Shown: positions 25,741 through 40,097, numbered from the stretch's first letter. The stretch is DNA of 64,000 nt from Octopus vulgaris (GCA_951406725.2 OX597815.1:210180001-210244000), one strand, 5' to 3'. Translations and numbers: made by a program. Notes: generated by a model from the sequence alone, not told the origin.

Positions 25741-27513
25741 AATGTATGTATGTATGTATGTATTTATATCTACTCGTCTACTTTATTATTTAATGTATAG
25801 CTATCTATATTTGCAGTACCTAAGAGTGCTTATTTTTTACATAAATGTTTATATGTTATTTTATTTTAATTCTCTTTTTTTTTCTTCTGCAAGCGTTGAT
25901 AGATTGGTACACATTAAAATGTTTATCAGACGACTCTCCAATTTCGATTGGATATTCCTGATATCATTATAAGTTTTAGTTTTAACGTTAGATAAACAAG
26001 AAGCACGTATAAAAATTCTTGTCAATGGAATGGTTTGGGAAGTTTTCTGCCGATTGAAAGAACTACACACAAAAACGCTCCCCATACACACACATACACA
26101 CACGCATACACCCGTAGATGGTCGACGTGCTGGATTTATTAGAACATCAGATTAAGTGCTTGGTGGGGATCGTTCTGCTATGGGCTCTAATCTGCTGAGG
26201 TAAACTTTGGCATTTGTTGTTTCAGAGTAAAATACTAGTTTTGTACCGGAGCTCTTTCTTCCCTTTCTGTCCCTCTGGTTTTATCTTTTCTGTAAGAAAA
26301 CGAGCGTAAAAGAAAAACAGAAAATGAAAGGCACAACACACCTTGCTAGCATTCAATACCATCTCGCTCTGGTAGAGAAAAAATATCTATGAAGGAAACA
26401 TCCTTATGTGACAGTTATTAGTCAACAGCCGAAGTTATCTCGTAATCAGTGAGCTGCCACAACTTCGTTGGAGAAACTTATAATAGCTTTGCCATTTTAA
26501 AATTTGGAGAAAGATCGAATCTAGGAACTCCCCGGTCGCTTTGGCGTTGGATACTGTAAGTGGAAAGTGGCTTGTATCACAAAATACTTCTTTTTTTAAA
26601 TCGTACGCTTAATATCAAGTGGTTCGTGCAGAAGCATTACTCTCTCCAAATGCTTGCTGCCGATAAGTACAAGATGCACTTGTTCGAGAATGAAGATGAA
26701 GTACGTTTGGTATGGTTATGAGATAAACTGCAGGAATGCAAAGATACTTGTGAGTGATGTGGGGACATATTTAAAGGTGTCTTACTTTAAGGTGATATAT
26801 CGAAAGTTTTGAATAGGAAGATTGTTGCCGACTGCAAAATATAAGCTAAGTTTCTGAATTATTAAAAGCTCTTTCCTGCATATATGTATCCCACGGCCGT
26901 CCGTACTTATTAACAAGAACAAGATCCATGATGCATATATAAACATACATATATACATACGTAGGTAGGTAGATACATACATACATGTGTGTGTGTGTGT
27001 GTGTGGTATACATTGTATACTATACATGTTCTGTTACTTAAAGTGGTTTCCGATAATGGCGATAGGGATAGCAGTCAAATCTCTGATGAGAGAGTTAGTA
27101 GCAATAACAGTGATACTTGGGATAATAGTGGAGTTGATAGATATTGATTAAGTGATATTGATTAAGTATGAAGGGAAAGGACTATTATTAATAGGGATCC
27201 ACGGTGAGATTTGCTGCCATACAGTTTTTGATGTAATTCATCTGCGAAAGAATTATGTTTAAACACTTCCGGACTGAACTTTCTCGCATATAGGCAAAAG
27301 GAAAGTGTCTCCTCTCTTCAGTTTAGGATTTGAGTTGCAGACAAGATGTGCAGTTTCTCGATTATGCACTGATTACACTTTCTGTCCTGTCCACTAAATA
27401 AGATCGCTTACCTTTACTAAAATACTCTACTTGGTTGTAGGACTACTTATACCATTGGCCTTTAAGTGCCAGACATACATTCGTGATTATATAGAATTTC
27501 TCATACTATTATT

Positions 27514-27739
27514 TGTTTTTTATTACCCACAAGGGGCTAAACATAGAGGGGACAAATAAAGACAAAGGGATTAAGTCGATTACATCGACCCCATTGCGTA
27601 ACTGGTACTTAATTTATCGACCCCGAAAGTATGAAAGGCAAAGTCGGCCTCAGCGGAATTTGAACTCAGAACGTAGCGGCGGACGAAATACCGCAAAGCA
27701 TTTCGCCCGGCGTGCTAACGGTTCTGCCAGCTCGCCGCC
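27514..27739 (-). mobile_element. SINE family A, tail type 1, with 16-bp TSD
   Basis: TTCTCATACTATTATT occurs at 27498-27513 and 27740-27755. Confidence 0.92.
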
Positions 27740-28507
27740 TTCTCATACTATTATTAGTCATCACATAAATGTGTTGCATGAAACGAACTTTAAAGCCTTT
27801 TTGCGCGGGCTCGATATACAATTTTGTGGCAAATATCCATTCCTTTGAACTTTGGATTTGTAAGCGAGCTCATTCAGGTGGTATTTATTATTCTGTGGAC
27901 ATAGCGACGAGTTTCTACAATTACCGTCTTTTGGGAGTAGGTTTATGTGTGGGAACATAATATTTAAAAGCATCTAACTTTGATGTGATATCTCGAAAGC
28001 GGAATGATTGCTTCATACTGTGATTTATGCGATGTTGTTCGTTTTAACTAGGTCATTATTTTTATTTATTTACTTATTCATTCATCTATTTACGTCCTTG
28101 AATATTGCAAGCCTCAAAGTTTACTTATCTGCTATTTTCTAATCCCACCCATCTTAATTCGTCCCCTTTTTTCTTATCCCTTTTTATTTCTTTTTCCTCT
28201 TTTTCGTTTCTGCTGTTCCTATTCATTTTGCTCTTCCATTTTTACTTTTCCCTATTTCTTTACTCTTTTCTTAATTTCTTTTCTTTTTCAACTTTTATCA
28301 TATCTTCTCTCTTTCTACTCAACTTCTGACTGAAGAAGCTATATATAAATGAGCAAATCCCATCAATGTTCAGTCATAAATTGCCTGAGGATCCTGTGCA
28401 CTCAAGGATGAAACTCGGAGCACCAAGAGTCAGAGCGCCTAAAATAATATGTTAATATCTACTATGATACCGTGTCATATTTGTGTCGACAGTTAACAGT
28501 AAATAGG

Positions 28508-28555
<48 letters not shown>

Positions 28556-29094
28556 AATGGCTTATAAACACCTTTCACGCTGCAATTGTTTATGTATATA
28601 TTTATATACACAAATACATATATCAATTACATATACATATACATGCAGTTATAATTTTGGCGTATGTGCATTCACACCATGCATGTTTAATATCTAAATA
28701 TTATATGCTAATGTAAACACTGCATACATATCTGAATTATATTGCATAGATATTCCCAAGATATATTCGGCATGTCCAGTAACTAGATATATTTATTTCA
28801 AAATAGAAAATAATTTCGATCAATTTTGAGAGAATCACAATGTTTGCATGAAAGCATGATGCTTCGAACACATTTACATGTGACCTATATCTGTGTGTGT
28901 CTGCGTGCGCACGTGTGTGTGCACGTGCGTTCATGTATATATCCCCTGCACACATATGCATATGCATACATATATAAGTTCGAATGTATTTATCCGGTAT
29001 GGTTTACTGTAGCATATTCCGATCATAAGTTGTATTTGGAAGATCATTGCAATTCTTTATCATAACAGTAGCAAGTTAATACCATATTCTGCTA

Positions 29095-30346
29095 TCAGGG
29101 TGAGTAAAAATTAAGCAACGTTTTGAAACATGAAATTCATCACAATATATTTCAACACCGCGGAAATTTTACTTATCACAATATATACCATTACAATCAA
29201 CAGATTTTTGCCAACGAGTTACTAGTTTGTTTATTCCGGTAACATAAATATTTGGAGTTCTCGAGGTGATGAACTCATTGAATGCACTTTCGGCATCGGT
29301 TTCATTTTTGAACTCCTTCTCTCGCAGGAAACCATCAAGATGCTTGAAAAATGATAGTCGGTAGGAGTAATGTCTGGGGAATCAGCTACCTGTGGAATAA
29401 CTTCCTAGTCAAGTTCCCTCAACTTCTGGAGCGTCATTAGTGAAATGTGTTCGCGCATTCTCATGAAGAATAATTGGCTCTCTACTGCTGACCAGTCTGG
29501 GACAGAGGAGTAGCGGTTTTTCGCTCATTTTCACAATGTTATTGCAATATATTTCTACAGTAATGTTTTTACCGGGTTTTAAGAAGTTATAGCGGTTGAG
29601 TCCAGCACTACACCAACAAATAGTCACCATAGTCACCGTTTTTCTGAAGAGCTTGAGTTTAAGGGAGGTTTTCGGTGCTTCATTTTCGTCCGACCACTGC
29701 GAAGAACGAATTTTATTATTGTACAGAACCCAGTTTTCACCGCATGTTACAATAAGGTCGAGAAATGTATCGGTCTGTTACGGAGAAAAGGCGACGATCA
29801 AATTTCATATCTGCGCATTTTCCGATTTTCATTCATTGTCGAACTATTTTGATTTTCTGATCGCATGTAAATGGTTGCAGGCAGTTTTCTGGCGCACATG
29901 AAGTTCTTTTGCCGGTTCTTGAGTGGTTTTACATGAATCTCTCTCAATGACGGTCTTTAATTGACCGTCACCGATGACAGATAAGCATCCACTACACTCA
30001 CGATCTTCAAGGCTTAGGTCTTCACTGCGAAATCGTTTGAACCATTTTCGAGCTGACCACTCACTGGTCATTTCCTCACCAAACGTTTTGTTGATATCGT
30101 GAGCAGTTTCAGCTGCTTTACATCTTAAGGTGAATAGCAAAATTGCTCGAATATCGCACTTTGACAGTTCAATTTCCGACGACTGGTGAAAAAATATCAA
30201 CGTTAATTTATTGATGCATTTGGACAAGTCTATGTCTGTATTATCAGTCAATTGCAAAACAAATGTTTTAAAAAATTTCAAAACTGCAAAACTCCGGTAC
30301 AAATTCTTCATAGTTCAAGACGTTGCTTTCGTTTTACTCAATCTGA
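29095..30346 (-). mobile_element. Decayed near-full-length mariner transposon (~1.25 kb)
   Basis: Imperfect TIRs TCAGGGTGAGTAAAAATTAAGCAACG / CGTTGCTTTCGTTTTACTCAATCTGA with TA on both sides; transposase remnants inside. Confidence 0.9.
29170..30165 (-). pseudogene. Mariner transposase pseudogene
   Basis: HTH region AAETAHDINKTFGEE..ARKWFKRFRSEDLSLED; degenerate catalytic motifs IVTCGENW, ILHENAR and SPDITPTDYH; multiple frameshifts. Confidence 0.85.
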
Positions 30347-31420
30347 TATATTCTGCACCTGAACATTAACCACAGTTGCAATACTGATTAAATAAAAATG
30401 TTAGACCCATCTATCATGGCCGAAAATCATTTGTGAAGAAATGATTATCATCTTCTTCTTACTGAACGAAGGTTATTTTTCACTTATAATTTGAATTTGC
30501 AAGCTACCCTTCTTGTATTGAATATCCATCATACTTTGGTATAATACAGATATCTTTATAAGTAATATATCATTTCTAGAATAAATTGAGTCTGAGGGAA
30601 TATATTTTCTTTCTTGTAACCTACTTCATATAAGGTGCAATAAAAATATGCTGATGTACACATTTAACCTGATATATTACCTATAATCTCAGAAAATAGA
30701 AATTGTAGGAAAGCACTTATTTAGGTTTCATGTATTTCTTTGCGTGAAGTGTAAGTATTTAAGTCTCAACAATTGATAGCAATTGAGTTTAAGAAGATAT
30801 ATACAGGCTGTTTTCTCAGTTTTACACCCACCATATTAACGTACAGAAGCAAGTTATTAAACTTTAAATAAAAAATAAAGAGATACGTAGTTTAATATTG
30901 TCATGCAGTAAATTTTATCAATTTTAAGGTTATTTTTAAAGTTGCATTATTTTCATTCAAGACGATGCCAACATTCTGTATCCTCTTTTCCATAGAATTT
31001 TGGTATTGACGTCTACCTGAGTTCCCTCTTTTTGTCGTTGTAGTCACATTTATATTTATGTTTAGCTCCAAGAAATTACGTATAATAGGTATTTCTAACA
31101 AATTTCCTTTAATATGATTTTTGGTTTGATACATCAAAGGAACGGTCTCTTTCGTTAGTGAATATAACTATACCTTATATAGCAAGAGTGTGTGTGTGTG
31201 TAATTATATATATATACCGATACGTAAGCACACACACACACGCGCACATAGACACACGCACATAGACACACACACACGCACATATATACAATGCCTGCGT
31301 GTTTAAAAACTCCACATAATTCATAGAACGTCTTCAAAGCGTTACTGTAACAAGTGTAGACCACAACGATCACTAGCCCGTTAATTCACTTGGTCATTAC
31401 GACATTTTAGTCCACTAGAC

Positions 31421-33191
31421 TAGTGTCTACCAAACTGTGTGCCGCGAGAGATTACTGGAGTGCCGTGAAAAATATCTTCGGGATTTTCGGGAAACAACTA
31501 TCCAAGGACATTCGCAAAGTTCGAGCGTAAATATAAATTCATTTTATAAATCGTAAAATAGTTACATTTCTGCATTTAACCCGGGAATTTCTGTAAGTAA
31601 ATTGTTTAGTAGTCCTAGTAGTTTTAATTTTTAATTCATTTATAATATACATAAATTATATTATGTTAACTGTAATCGATTTTTAACTTTGGACAAATTT
31701 TTATTGAGACCTCAGAAAACTGAGAAAGAGAGTCGTAGCAAACGAGACGAATACCAGAATAAAGAGTCCACCTCATAAAAAAAACAACAAAATATATATA
31801 TATATATACTGAATATTACATCCAATATGGTTTTATATTATCGGAAAAAGACAACTCGGTTCCTATTTGTATGATTTGTTTAACAGCACTCTCAAATGAA
31901 GCGATGTTTCCCAGTAAAATTTAACGTCATTTATTAACGAATCATCCGCAACATAAGAACAACCTAAAGGAATACTTTGAAATGCTAAAAAATAATTTAA
32001 AGTTTCAATGAAAAAAGCTGGAGAAATTTCACTCAAATCGCTAGTTACAAAATTACACAGCTTTTGGCAAAGAAGAAACAAACCACATTCTGATACCGAA
32101 AACAGTATTTACCAGCCTTGGAGATCGCCGTTGGCACAATGATTAGTGATGAAGCCGTCAAACGAATTAAGACCATTCTTTGTATGCACACACGATTTCT
32201 CGTAAAATTCAAGACATTTCGCGCATTGATGATCAATTTCTGCGAACATTCCACTGAAGCAAAAGAATGAACTCGAAAATTTGTGGGCCTTACGAATCGA
32301 TGAAAGCACAGGCATCAGAAACAAAGCTCAACAAATGTCATTTTTGCGAATTATCAGAGGTGGTAAAATTATAAGTCAGTTTTTGTTTTTTTGTGAATTG
32401 AAGGAAAGAACGATAGGAGAAGATGTTTTTAACCTGGTAAACCACAATGTCGTATTGAAAGGGATGCAGTGGCAGACTGGTATTTGCGTTTGCACTGATG
32501 GCGCTCGATCCATGCAGGGTCGAAAAAAAGGGCTTCGTGGCTTATGTGTTATAAAAAACAAGTTAAGATTGTACATTGCCTGATTCACCGCGAGGCTTTG
32601 GTCTCAAAATATCTACCTGATGGTCCCTGAAGACGATGGATAATATTGTTAAAGTGGTGAGCTACATAAAATAGCATTCCCTACGGTGCAAACTTTTTGC
32701 ATCCCTATGTGAAACTATGGATTCTGATTTTAAGATTTTACTGCTTCAAACAGAAGTGCGATGGCTCTCGAAAGGAAAAGTGCTCTGTTGATTTATCTCT
32801 TTGCGAAATGAAATAATATGTTTCTTCGATGCTGGAAATTCTGCATTTGAATTTATTAACGGTGATAATTGGTGACTGAAAGTAGCATTTCTCAACGATT
32901 TTTTTGAGAAATTGAACGCTTTAAATTTGAGTCTGTAAGGAGAGAATGAAAATATTATTACAGTTACAGGCAAATTAAAGTCTTTCACCGACAATTTAGA
33001 ACTGTGGATAAGGAAAGTTAAAACCTCGAAGCTTGATTGCTTCCCAAGCACAGAAAGTTTTCCAGACAAATTAAAAATTTTGTCAGAAGTACAGAAGACA
33101 GCAGAAAACCTCTCTGTATAATTTTCTACGTATTTTCCATCACTTCATTATCAAATGTACGAGTGGATCATCAATCCTTTCGCAAGATACG

Positions 33192-33230
<39 letters not shown>

Positions 33231-33390
33231 TTATAAAACAATGTTAATTTATTGTTACTATAAGAAATTGTTTATTTTTATAATTACTAATAAAGTATAT
33301 TGAAATTTGTTGGGATTTTTATTCGGTGAACCGCAAAATATATTGTCCTCGCCCAGTCTCGTAAGGTAAAAAAAAGTTTGGCAGACACTG
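31421..33390 (+). mobile_element. Decayed hAT transposon (Buster/Charlie-like)
   Basis: TIRs TAGTGTCTACCAAACT / AGTTTGGCAGACACTG (14 of 16 match). The 8-bp flanks CACTAGAC / TCCGAGAC match only partly. Confidence 0.8.
31860..33190 (+). pseudogene. hAT transposase pseudogene
   Basis: Motifs ALRIDEST, FLFFCEL, VCTDGARSMQG, HCLIHREAL and TEVRWLSKGKVL, interrupted by stops and frameshifts. Confidence 0.85.
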
Positions 33391-34899
33391 TCCGAGACCA
33401 TTATCATCACTTCATTTGCGGTTTAAATCTACACTTTGGTTCCGCTGCGTCCAAGTTACACAAAAGGCAATGATTCATTTTAGGTATTTGTCAATAATCT
33501 CATCACCTTATTGTTCTAGTCAACTGTCTCCTACCACATTTTGCAAATCTATCTCCTTACACACTAGTAATCACCCTCTGTTGTTTGACCATTACCATTC
33601 AGCCCCCTGCCAAACGCTAACACACAGTATGCGCTGTTATATTCAATTCACACAATTTCACAAAACAAAAGAATATTTTCCGTTCATACTAGCTACGTAC
33701 ATCCATGCAACTATATCCGCAGACCACCACGCACATGCTCACACACATTAATAATCTGTTCAGTTTCACTCATCCATTATATCGAAAGACAAAATTTGTT
33801 GTGTCTGTGTAATGTTTTTTCTTCCAAATTCCATCAAACACTCATTCAGAGTATGATGTCATAACACCGCAATGTTTATGCCAACGGATGGTTTTTCTCT
33901 TTCTTATTTCTTCAAAAAACACTGTCCGAAACGAACGATATATCCTCTCTTACCTACTGCAGAGTAAAATTATGTTTTAATTCCGACTATGTATATGTCC
34001 TTGTATATTGTTCATAGAAAATACTTCGATACGGAAAATCGTTGCCTATATATTTATGCAATACAAGCATTGATTAAGATCTGTTAAAAGTCCGGCATTT
34101 AAATTATTGATTTTCCTTTGTATGTTGGCTAAATTTGTTTAAGTATGCATGCGGTATACATACGATAATACGTTCTTTGTTTGTACTGCAAATTCTTGTG
34201 ACTATAGAATTGTCTGTCTCTATGTATTTAAATTATTCTTTATTCAACCTTGCAATACGAATCAAAATTTTGTTTCTATGCATAAATGAAACTGTGTGAA
34301 AAATATTTATGTGAATAATGTTCAATGCGTATCATTATCTGATGATAGAACAAATTCCATTGAAATTCATTGAGAAATTTTTTAGAATATGGAAGTAATA
34401 TATCATAAAATTGTTATTGCTATAATTTAGAAGTGCATTGCAAGTAAAACTCAATAAAATTCAACAAATGTTGATGCACTTGAACGAAACGGATTAAATA
34501 TACAAAAGCCGCGTTCTCTGTGATAATCTAGCATTTCAAAGGTTTTCATAGCGTAACATAAATTGTTCGGATCCTTAACCTCATCGATTATGTTGCCATC
34601 TTTCCAGCAAACTGAATAACCTGGTTAATAGAAAGTTGTTTGGTGATAATTTATCGCATGAAATTATTTGTTCAGTGAAACCTACAAATATTTTGGATAC
34701 GTTACGGAATGTATGTACGTTATTGTTAATTAAAAAGGAATGGAATTATACTGCGATTTAATAACAATTGTTACTACAGTGTTTAATATATTTTTTAATG
34801 GTGGAAGTCAGGGAATTGTTTTTAATCTAAATTTTAATATAATATTCCGAAATTAATTTTACTCCGTCACATTTGAATCTATTCTTTTAGATTAAGTTT

Positions 34900-35340
34900 C
34901 CTCGATCTATACAGACGTTCCAGTCTCCCACAGCCCATTTGAACTCTGGAACCGACAGGCTGCTACCAATCACTAGTTCGTCAACATATGATGTAGCCGG
35001 TCGACCTCTTCTCCAGCAGCTATGCGTTAATTCGCAGAGTAACACATCCCTGATGCAGTCATTCCTGGCCCGGTAGAAGTGATAGAAGGTCCCTGTAGAG
35101 GTCTTTATCTGTCACCCTCTGTTGCCATTCGATATTCAGTGAGTATCGGAGTAGCCGGGTGGGTGCATCCGTCTAGTTACTCCTGCAGTGATTTTGCCAA
35201 TGTCCAAGTTTTGGATCCGTAAAGTAGCACACTTTCAACTGTTATTTTGAAGAACATTACATTTTGTCTTCTCGGGAGTGATGACCGCCAAATCCTGCTT
35301 TGTTTGCTGATGGCATTCCAGATTTGAGCCTTTTTGGTCG
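34900..35340 (-). mobile_element. RTE-like LINE 3' fragment
   Basis: FFKITVESVLLYGSKTWTLAKSLQE*LDG resembles the post-RT region of RTE/RTEX ORFs. Confidence 0.65.
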
Positions 35341-36111
35341 TTAGTTCTCTCTCTGGTGAAGTTAACAATGCAATGCACAGAGATATTTGAAGTGTTCGAC
35401 CATTGAAAAGGGGGAGAGCCTTATTATAGCTCCCCAAAACCAAGCACTGCAAACAGCTTAAGAAAATATGAATATAAGGAGAGTGACGGCAAAATGTAGA
35501 GTATGTGGAAGTTAGGATGAAGAAATGTTTGTAGGATGTCCCAAGTCGATCTTTAACGGAGACATGATGAAGTTAGGAAAGATTTACACAGAAACTTTAT
35601 CACAACGATTCTTAGATGCAAGAAGTCTATCGTAAAATCATCGGATAGAAAGATAACTTGAGTTGCAAACATACAAGATTTTGTAAGATTTTCCCTTTGA
35701 AATTGGCAATTTCCCTTCTTTCCTATTTTTCTCTTCGTTTTTCATTTTACTTCTAAGCCACTTATATTTCTCTGATCTCCTCACTCTTGGTCAACTAACA
35801 GTTACATGTCATTTATATTATATTGTTGAAGTAATTTTTGTTTCGTTTATTCATATGTACATTTGCATATTCACTTATTTTAATTAAAGCTGATATTACA
35901 GATGCACTGAGTTGTTTATATTTTATTCGCAACGAACGTTGTTTTCTCTGGCCTTCAACAATCCTACCATTAGGAAGGTTTTTCCCCTATGACACTTTTT
36001 GTGCCGCTAATACACACTCCTGCATTAGTTTCCTACGTACTAAAACACTGGATCTCATTCCTCTTTTGATGAATTCGGTCGAAAAGCACTTAATATTACA
36101 AAACTCTCTCT

Positions 36112-36468
36112 CTCTTTTACTCTTTTACTTGATTCAGTCATTTGACTGCGGCCATGCTGGAGCACCGCCTTTAGTCGAGCAAATCGACCCCGGGACTTAT
36201 TCTTTGTAAGTCCAGTACTTATTCTATCGGTCTCTTTTCCCGAACCGCTAAGTTATGGGGACGTAAACACACCAGCATCGGTTGTCAAGCAATGCTAAGG
36301 GGACAAACACACACACACACATATATACGATGGGCTTCTTTCAGTTTCCGTCTACCAAATCCACTCACAAAGCATTGGTCGACCCGGGGCTATAGCAGAA
36401 GACATTCGCCCAAGATGCCACGTAGTGGGACTGAACCCGGAACCATGTGGTTGGTTAGCAAGCTACTT
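36112..36468 (-). mobile_element. SINE family B body, split by the LINE insertion
   Basis: The SINE consensus breaks at ...GCAAGCTACTT and resumes at 41909-41946. Confidence 0.92.
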
Positions 36469-36720
36469 TATTTCATATAATTTGCCATTTAGGCATTTAC
36501 AAAGAGGGGACAAACAAGGACAGACAAATATAAAGGGTGAAGTAGCTTAACACAGTTACAATTTTCGAATGAAATTACGGATAAGATTATAAACAATGAA
36601 TTTTACGAAGGCAATGTTTAAAAATATTAATGATCATGTCGAAGGACGGACACCCAGCCATCCGGGTAGAACCTTTACTTTCTGATCCGGTCACACTTAC
36701 CTGGTGCCAAACATACCCAT

Positions 36721-39700
36721 CTAGTATGCCACAGGCTTCCATCTTTTCACAAACATATCTCGTGACAGACACCTCTTCTCCAGCCTTATTTTGCTACTGA
36801 GGTGGTAACTAAAAAAGTTAATCAACCCCTGGCCGGAGACAAAGGTGCCTGTCACTATACCTTTCGTACGCGTCTTCCATACTGTTTCTTTCAGTATGGC
36901 TACTACACAGAAAAAACAAGCCTTTCTTTCCCTGTTAAGGAAAGGGGGCGGCACAATCTCGATGATAGACTCAGCTGATAGCTGTATTCTTCCCATCACT
37001 GACAACAGTTGTTCAACAAAAGCTATCAGTCCCGATAACTCCGGACACTCCACGAATGCGTGCAAGACGGTCTCCCTATCCTGCTCACATCGCGGGCATG
37101 TCGGCGAGACGGCACTACCGTGCCTTGACAGCTTGTCGCGAACAGGTAAAGCCGCACAGAAACACTGCCAGGCCAAGGATTTCTGGTAATTATCCAGATA
37201 CCCCGGCCCGAACGTCCTTCGGAACAGGTTGACCAACTGATTTTCATCGTAGCCCAGGGTCTCCCCCAAGGCGTCTTCGGACTTAATCTCCACTAACCCG
37301 CTATAGAAATCCGTGGTGGAACTCCTGTTGCCGGCGTTGCCCACCCGAGATAGTAGCTGGAGCGCCTGACGGCACTCCAAATGCCATTCACTCAGTTTAG
37401 GTCTCCGCTTGATCCATGCACCGATGTCCGTTAGGGATGTTAACTGGGGAAGGTAGAACCGGACGTGCGGCGACCACACCTGCTCTCCATCCAGGTAAAG
37501 CCAGAGGTGCTTCAACCTTAACGCGAGTTTTCGCATCCTCAGCCAAGGCATCCCTAGCCCACCCTTTAGCGGTTTCTGGCAGCAGACAGAGCGCTTTACA
37601 AGTGGCTTTCCTCCTTTCCACAAAAATCGGAAAAGGATTCTCTCCAACTTGTTCAGCCACAAATCGGGGCAAGGCACCACGGTCAGACGGTAGGTGATTA
37701 CTGATGCTATAAACATCTGCACCACCTCCGCCTTCCCTAGCAGGGATAACGCCCGCCCAGACCAGGTCTGGGTTAGAGCGGTCACCTTGTTGGCCACCTC
37801 ACTCCAATTTTTCTCAATCTGGAGGTGTGGCCCGAACCAGACTCCGAAAAGCTTAACAGGACCTTCCGTCCAACGCCCTACGACGTTATTGGACGGCATC
37901 GGCTTGCCCCTCCAGGTGCCGAGTTGCAAACCGACCGACTTGTCCTTGTTAACCTTTGCTCCTGCCACCGCCTCGTAGCTTTTGATGGCCTCTTCCACCA
38001 CTGGAAGCTGGCCTTCGTCTGCCACGATGATGGAGGTGTCATCCACATACGCCGTAGCTCCTCTTCCACACCATAGATCATGCGGCGCGCCCCCTAGTGC
38101 CTCCAACTTCCGCAGCAAAGGCTCAAGAGCCAATACGTATAGGAGCGAGGACAGGGGACACCCTTGACGAACTGAACGCTCGATCCTGAACGGCTTCGAA
38201 AAGGAACCGTTCACCTTGACTACAGACTCGATGTCGCTATACAAAGCAGCGATCCAACCTCGAAAGGTCGGGCCTAGGCCAGCCTCTCCGAGGACCGCCG
38301 CCAGGTACCGATGGTCGACCCTATCAAATGCTTTGGACTGGTCTAAATGTACCAGTGCTCCCCCTGCGCCAGAAAGCTCCCCACCCTCTCTAAGGAGTAG
38401 CGTATAAGGTGGAGATTGTCGTGGATCGTTCTGCCGGGGATAGCACACGTTTGCGCTTCCCCGACAAGTTTGTCCACGACCCGCGCCAACCTTTTTGCTA
38501 GCACCTTGGCCAGAATCTTTAACTCTGTGTTTAACAGAGTTATGGGCCTGAAGTTCCCTATCTCGTCCCCCTTGTTCGGGTCCTTCCTGATCAACGTCAC
38601 CGCCCCTCGGCTCGCAGACTTGGGAATTCTCCCATTCTGCTGCCAGTTGGCGTAGACGGTAGCCAGCAGGTGCCCGAACAAGTCTGGCATACTTCTATAA
38701 AATTCATAGGGCCGACCATCGAGACCCGGCGACTTCTCCCCGGGGCACTTGCCCAACACCTCGATTACTTCCTCGGCTGTGATTGGCCCTTCACAGCACT
38801 CAGCCTCTCGTGTCGAGAGGCGCGGGCCACCAGACAGGAAGTCCCTAAGGGCCTCACCATGATCCAGCGTCCCGCACATCCCGAACAACTCGGCGAAGTG
38901 CTTGTGAAGTGCCTCACACATCTCGTCCCAGTTCTTGATCGTACATCCGTTTTCATCAACAAGAGACCCAATTGTGGCATCGTTTCCACGCTGTGTTTCT
39001 ATCGTACGGGCCCATCCGGCAACATTAATTCCCTCACGGCCCAATGCTCGTACTTTAGCCCGGACTCTACATCCCTCATGTTTGGTTTTCAGGTGACGGT
39101 CTAATGCCGTTCTCGCCGCTAAAATGTGAGATGCAGAGCCCAACCTCAACGCCTCCTCTAAGTTCTTAACTAGTTGCCCTTCTATTCTAGCCCTATCTAG
39201 TCTTAGTTGTTTACTAAATCTAATGGACTCGAATCGAATGGCTCTTTTGAGGGTGAACCACCACCGGTTATTAACCACGGCTCCGGTTAACGACCTCTGC
39301 ACTAACACCTTAATCCGGCTACGGTATGCCTCGCGTGTCAAAATAGACTTGTTCAGCTTCCAGTAGCCGGTTCCTATCTTAAGTGTGCTATCTATGTCCA
39401 GTCTACACGTGACCATTCTATGGTCAGTATAGGGCACCTGGACGAGCTGTGGACAACTAAAACTAGACTTATCTCTAGTTCTTATCACTATCCTGTCTAG
39501 ATAAGACTTGAACTTTCCGTCGCCACTCATCCAGGTCCACTCTGGGACGTTCGGATGGTCAAGTCTGTAACGATCTGCTAGCTGAAACCGCTTAAGCAGA
39601 TCCACGAGACGTGAGTTCACTTTCCTATTGATCGAGCCAACGCTATCGATGTGTACGTCAACGATAGCATTAAAGTCCCCTAATATCACTAAAGTCTTCG

Positions 39701-40097
39701 ACGTCACGAGAAAGCCCTCTAGGCGCCGATAAAAATCAGTTTGGAGACCTCTAGCACAAGGTGCATAGAGTCCGATCAACCTGAAGGCCTTACTGCTGTA
39801 TGTCACATCAAGGACGACCAGCCCACCTTCTGGGTCTACATAGACTGTACTTGTCTGTAGAGCCAAGTCTTTACGGATCAGTACCACTACGCCCCCTCGC
39901 CCTCCGGTCTGGCCAGGAGACATGATTTTCTCGTAGCCATTCAGGAGAGGCGAGAAGGTTTGTAGGCTGTCCAGCTTGGTCTCTGTAGCAACCATCACAT
40001 GTATATCACGTGATCTGAGGTCGTCGAGGAAACAAGCCTGCTTCCACTTCGAACTCAGACCACGCACATTTAAACAACCAAGGTTAAGCGAAGCCAT
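36721..40097 (-). pseudogene. Tx1-like ORF2 (APE endonuclease + reverse transcriptase), one frameshift near 38375
   Basis: APE motifs LNVRGL, ILGDFN, SYLDRI and TDH. RT motifs KSPGLDG, FRPITLLN, LDQSKAFDRV, RQGCPLS and YVDD. C-terminal CPRC..ETVLHAFVEC. Split across ORFs 38343-40097 and 36721-38448. Confidence 0.93.

Noticed and set aside
38343-38448. Programmed frameshift in ORF2
   Set aside because: It falls inside the RT domain, which is continuous in Tx1/L1 elements, and there is no clear slippery site. Likely a mutation or sequencing error.
36845-39104. Plus-strand ORFs overlapping the LINE
   Set aside because: Antisense shadows of GC-rich ORF2 with no independent features.
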